From: Bugula neritina
Lineage: Eukaryota > Animalia > Bryozoa
Reading direction: 5' to 3'
Assembly (NCBI GenBank): GCA_964035545.1
Contig: OZ037771.1
Location: 4,993,190 to 5,057,189 of the forward strand
Length of the DNA stretch: 64,000 nt
Shown piece after piece: positions 58,924 through 64,000 of the stretch (position 1 is its first letter; each line of letters opens with the position of its first letter). The translations under genes were made by a program, and so were the position numbers. The notes below the pieces were generated by a model that had not been told where the DNA came from, searched no databases, and worked only from the letters and a program-made list of their open reading frames with translations.

Positions 58924-61900
58924 ATGGAGTTCAATACAAAGATTACCGTTAAAGCCTTAAAGGCGCTAGCTAAAGAAAGAGAATTGAAACGATATTCTCG
59001 ATTAAAAAGAGCTGAACTTATGCAGCTCTTAATGGTTGAAGATAATTTCAAGTCAATTAAAGACTTGAAAATCTTAGTTAAAGAAAGAGGATTTAAGCGA
59101 TACTCTAGCTTAAAAAGAGCTGAACTTATACAGCTATTAAATATTATGGACGAACCCGTTCCATATATAGGGCAAGCCCCGTTAATACCTATACCCGCGA
59201 AAAAAATTATGCGAGAAATATTTACGCAAACTACGCGTAATATAAAAAAATGGGTTAAGGGTATTATAAAGCCAATTATAAAAATTATAAATCCAATTAA
59301 GGATGAAATTATGGCTTTATATAATCAGCCTAAGCTTATAGAACAAGACGCTAATGGTTGGTTTAAAACTTACGAAATTAAAGGTTTGCCTAAGTACGAT
59401 ATTGACACATTTGGTAAACTAGTAAAATTAAATATACTAGAATTATTAAAACCTACTATGAAAGTTAAAATATTTATGTATTGCGAAATGAAAAAAATTA
59501 ATGTAAGTACCGGAGAAACTATTGTAGAAACTATGCCATTTACATCAAATGTTGAAACTATATTAGAGTCTACGAATGTTGATGAAATATACGATGAAAT
59601 AATTGAACGTATAAAAGAAAATTTTGCTTCGTTAAACGCTTAAGGAAGTAACTGGATATTTAAATCCATTAAAAAAATGAATATTAACATTAATAAATAT
59701 CAACCTTTTAATGGGTCATCGTGGATTGATCTTCCGAAAGAAATTAAATTAAAGAAAGCCGTAATAAATCCTAAAAATGAGGATAACGAATGTTTTAAGT
59801 GGGCCGCTTTAATGAGTGTTCATACACCTAAAAACCATCCCGGAAGAATTAGTAATTATAAAGAACACGTTAATAAATTTTCGTGGGAAAGCGTTGAATT
59901 TCCAGCTACTAAAAAATCTATTAACGCTTTTGAAGACGCTAATCCCGATTTCAGAATTAATGTATTTACGTGGGATGGCGAAACAATAAATTTATGGAAA
60001 AAATCTAAAAATCAGGGTAGAATTATAAATTTACTTTATATAACTAATGACGAAAAGAGTTATTACGCGTATAATAAAAATTTAAATAGATTACTCGGTT
60101 CGCAAATAAACAAACGTACTAATGTTAAACATAGTTGTGTAAATTGTATGAGCTCGTTTAGATCTAACGAATCTTTAAAAAAGCATCAAGATTGGTGTTT
60201 ATCGAACGATAGCGTAACTACGGTTTTTCCTAAGCTAGAAAATAAAATAAAATTTCAATCTAGCCATCATTGTCGTAATATGAGAGTGCCATTTACGGTA
60301 TACGCGGACTTTGAATGTTTTACTAAACCAATATACGGTTGTAAACCTAATTCGAGAGAAAGTTACACTAATCAATATCAGCAACACGAACAGTCGGGTT
60401 TCGGATATTATATAGTAAGCGTTATTGGTGAGTGCAAATACAGAAGTTATACTAAGCAATACGAAAATGAAGATATTGGTGAATTGTTTATTAGGTTACT
60501 AGAACTCGACATTAAAAACTTGTATAAAAAACATAAATTTGCTAAACCAATGAAAATTACAAATAGTGAGCAAGAGTCTTTCAAGTTGGCTAAAATCTGC
60601 TGCATATGTGAAGAAAAATTGGGTAATGACAGAGTAAGAGATCACTGTCACTTAACCGGAGACTATAGAGGAGCGGCTCATAGTAATTGCAATTTAAATT
60701 ATAAAATTCCAAAATTTTATCCGGTGTTTATTCATAACTTGTCGGGTTACGACGCTCACTTATTTATTAAAAATTTAGGTGGTGAACCTTCGTGTATACC
60801 CAATACCGAAGAGAAATATATATCTTTTAGTAAAAAATTATTGGTAGACGATTTTACCAATAAAGAAGGTAAAAACGTTAAAGTTACGCGCGAAATTCAC
60901 TTTTTAGACTCATATAAATTTATGAGTTCTAGTTTAGCGAGTTTAGTAGCAAATTTGAAACGCGATAACTTTAAACACTTGCAAAAGCATTACGCGGAAA
61001 ACCAATTAAACTTATTATTAAGAAAAGGAGTATTCCCCTACGACTATTTTAATAACGTAAGCGTGTTGGATGAAACGTCTTTACCTCCTAAAGAAAAGTT
61101 TTATTCGAGCTTAACCGAAAAAGGTATTTCAGACGAAGATTACGCGCACGCTCAAAACGTTTGGAAAACTTTTAATATGAAAACGTTTTGAGACTATCAC
61201 GACTTATATATGAAAGTTGATGTAATTCAATTAGCCGACGTTTTTGAAAACTTTAGAAGTGTATGTCTTGAACACTACAAGTTAGATCCGACTTGGTATT
61301 ATACGGCTCCGGGTTTAAGTTGGGACGCTATGCTTAAAACTACTAAATTAGAGTTAGATCCAATTACCGACATTAATCAATTACTTTTCTTTGAAAGAGG
61401 AATTAGAGGCGGTGTAAGCATGATTAGTCATAGATACGCTAAAGCTAATAATAAATATATGGAAAACTATAACGCTAGCGAGCCTAGTAGTTATATTACT
61501 TATTTGGACGCTAATAATCTATACGGTTGGGCTATGTCAGAAAACTTACCTACGGGTAATTTTAAGTGATTAAGCGAAAAACGGTGTAGTAGTCTAGAGA
61601 AAGCAAAAACATTTCCGCCTAGCTTTTTAGAAGTAGATTTGGAATATCCTAAAAAGTTACACGACTCTCATAAAGATTATCCGTTCTGTCCCGAGAGATT
61701 AACGGTTAATAAAGTGGAAAAACTAATTCCAAATTTAAACGATAAAAAGAATTACGTTATACACTATAGAGCATTAGAACAATGCCTTATATACGGTTTA
61801 AAGCTAACGAAGATTCATAAAGGTATAACCTTTAACGAGTCTAATAAACTTAAAGAGTATATAAGTTTAAATACTGAGTTAAGGACTCTAGCCAAGAGCG

Positions 61901-62691
61901 ATTTTGAAAAAGACTTCTTTAAGCTAATGAATAATTCCGTGTTTGGTAAAACGATGGAAAATATTCGTAATAGAGTTAACATTAAATTGGTTACTAGCGA
62001 AAGCGAAGCTAAAAAATTAACGAATCAACCTAACTTCAAAAATTATACGATATCTTTTTTCGAAAATCTCGTAGCCGTTCATATGAATGTAACGAAACTA
62101 AAATTTGATAAGCTCGTATATTTAGGCGCAGCAATTTTAGACATTAGTAAAACTCTAATGTATAACTTTCATTACAATTATATTAAACCAAAATATATTG
62201 CAAACGCGCAGTTGTTATTTACGGATACGGATAGTTTAATGTATCACGTACAAACAAAAGATTTTTACGTGGATATAGCTCCAGACGTTGCTAGCACGTT
62301 TGACACGAGTAATTATCCTAAAAATCACTCATTACCAACTGGTGTAAATAAAAAGGTAATAGGCATGTTTAAGGATGAAGCCGGCGGTAAACAAATTACT
62401 GAATTTGTTGGATTGAGAGCTAAGTTGTACTCTTATAAAATGGATGGCGTAGAAGAGAAAAAGTGTAAGGGTATTAATAAAACTACGCGTGATAATCGTA
62501 TAACGTTTGAGGATTATTATAACTGTCTTATTACTAGAAAAGATCAACATAGAACGATGAATGTGTTGAGAAGCCATAAGCATACAATGTATGCCGAAAC
62601 AATAAATAAAGTAGCTCTGTCGGCTGAAGACGATAAGAGAATAATACTAGAAGATGGAATAACAACGATTTCTTATGGTTATAATAAATGA
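58924..62691 (+). pseudogene. Protein-primed family B DNA polymerase, one frame with three in-frame stops
   Basis: YADFE, HNLSGYD, FLDS and KGVFPY exonuclease-region motifs; YLDANNLYG, KLMNNSVFGK and TDTDS polymerase motifs; EndoVII-like RDHCH...AHSNCN; two N-terminal helical repeats. Confidence 0.95.
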
Positions 62692-62731
62692 GTATAAAGT
62701 TATCAAATAAGCTCGATAGAGCTTATGTGAT

Positions 62732-64000
62732 AACGATGAAATTATTAAATTAGAAAACGAATACGAACAAAAACTTAATCGTTTTAATTGGTTATCAAAA
62801 TCGTTTATAAAAGATTCTAAATTAGAAATTAATTCTATGTTATCAAAATTTTTAAGTGACGCTCATATAGACGAACAAGAGTACGACGCTATAACCAAAA
62901 AATATAAAGATATTAATAGCGTAATATCGAATAAAAAAAGCGATATAATAGTCGCTCGTAACAACGTTTGTTAATTAATTATATTATAATTAATTAAAAA
63001 AGGGAGTTCAATATAAAAATTATCCGTATAGGCTGCTAAATAGCGCGTCCTAAGAGCGAATTACGTGTGCTGTATTTATATATTTATTCTTTAAACTATA
63101 ATATATTTCGTCTTTTTTCTATTTCGTCTTCAGCGTATTTTAGTTTAGTAAAAAATAATGGTATTCTAGCCGCTGCATAATTCATTAAACCTACGTTAAG
63201 TTCTTGAATTATTTCTTTACTTTTGTAAATAGTTTTTATTTTCAGTTTTTTATCATCGTCTTTATAAATAATTTCTTTTTTGTTATTATAAGTAATTTCT
63301 TCAAACGTTCCGCGCTCATTAGACGGATTATTCATTTCGTCTAATATATTAAATTGTTTATAAATAATTCTTTCTTTAATATTACCGCTTTCGTATACTC
63401 GTTTTTCACAATCATTGTTTTTATATATCGTTTCGGTAATTGGGGTGCCGTCGAGGCTTTTATAAGTAATTACTGTTGGGTCAACCATTTATATATGTTT
63501 TCTTTAACTATAGCAGCATGCCTAAAAAAGGAATATTTTTAAACGGACTATTTGGACCTAAAATTAAACCTTCGCCTTTTATATAGCTAGAACCTTGTTT
63601 TAAATATAAACCGTTACCTTTCATTAAATTAGACGGTGCGACTGGTTTTAAAGTAATAGAACTGTTTGAATTAGGTTCTACGGAACATACGCACCCACCT
63701 TTTTTCAAATAAAGACCTTTACCTTTAATAGCTCTTTCAACTCCGGCGCTAGCGGCTCCCGAAAGCACACCCGGTATAATAGTTTTTAATAGCGTAGGTA
63801 TTACTCTCGTAGCTATACCCAATAGAGGTCCTAAAAATCCTCCGTTCATTGACGCGTTAGTTTTTACTAACGATGGAGACATTTCGAGCGTTATATTTTT
63901 TTTATTCGCGTTTAATGCTTTTAAAATATTATCGTTTTGCGTTTTCGTAACGGCTAGTTTATCATTTCCGCTTTCGAGAGGCAATTTAATAGTACAACCC
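62732..64000 (-). repeat. Inverted duplicate of Polinton block about 57057-58556 (ORFs 63096-63488 and 63508-64000+, deleted copy of the TM gene)
   Basis: Near-identical reverse-complement sequence and proteins. Confidence 0.93.

Larger units (their letters stand above)
52122..64000 (+). mobile_element. Polinton/Maverick (endogenous adintovirus-like), rearranged and decaying, extends past the window
   Basis: AGTAGT terminus; subterminal repeats; integrase, capsid genes and protein-primed PolB; compact intronless genes; CpG-rich relative to host. Confidence 0.95.

Noticed and set aside
58924-62691. PolB and MCP stops as an alternative genetic code or programmed readthrough
   Set aside because: The stops are mixed TAA and TGA replacing different residues, and frameshifts occur elsewhere; consistent with decay

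Overview
Repeat-dense animal genomic DNA, probably from an invertebrate; the taxon cannot be determined here. 1-33.5 kb is a nest of four Gypsy/Ty3 LTR retrotransposons with both LTRs and target-site duplications (TSDs) readable. Three of them (A 977-8376 minus, B 9195-20185, C 25176-32624) are relatives with a tRNA-Leu PBS. Each carries an extra gene in the env position encoding an acidic region, zinc fingers, a basic patch and a coiled coil, with a conserved ATG micro-exon and two in-frame splice acceptors. C is nested in an unrelated Mag/K02A2.6-like element D (20656-33464). B contains two CACAG-ended non-autonomous DNA transposons. 35.4-50.1 kb holds a plus-strand host gene for a cytosolic LRR protein with five tandem 138-nt phase-2 exons that vary almost only at exposed beta-strand codons. 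Its introns carry a foldback element, a LINE, an hAT element containing a Penelope-like element with hammerhead ribozymes, RTE remnants and a Tc1 relic. 52.1 kb to the end is a decaying Polinton/Maverick (adintovirus-type) with integrase, capsid genes and protein-primed PolB. Its genes show TAAATG and AAAATTGA motifs like large-DNA-virus promoters, and a large inverted duplication flanks PolB. All calls come from manual reading; no database searches were run.
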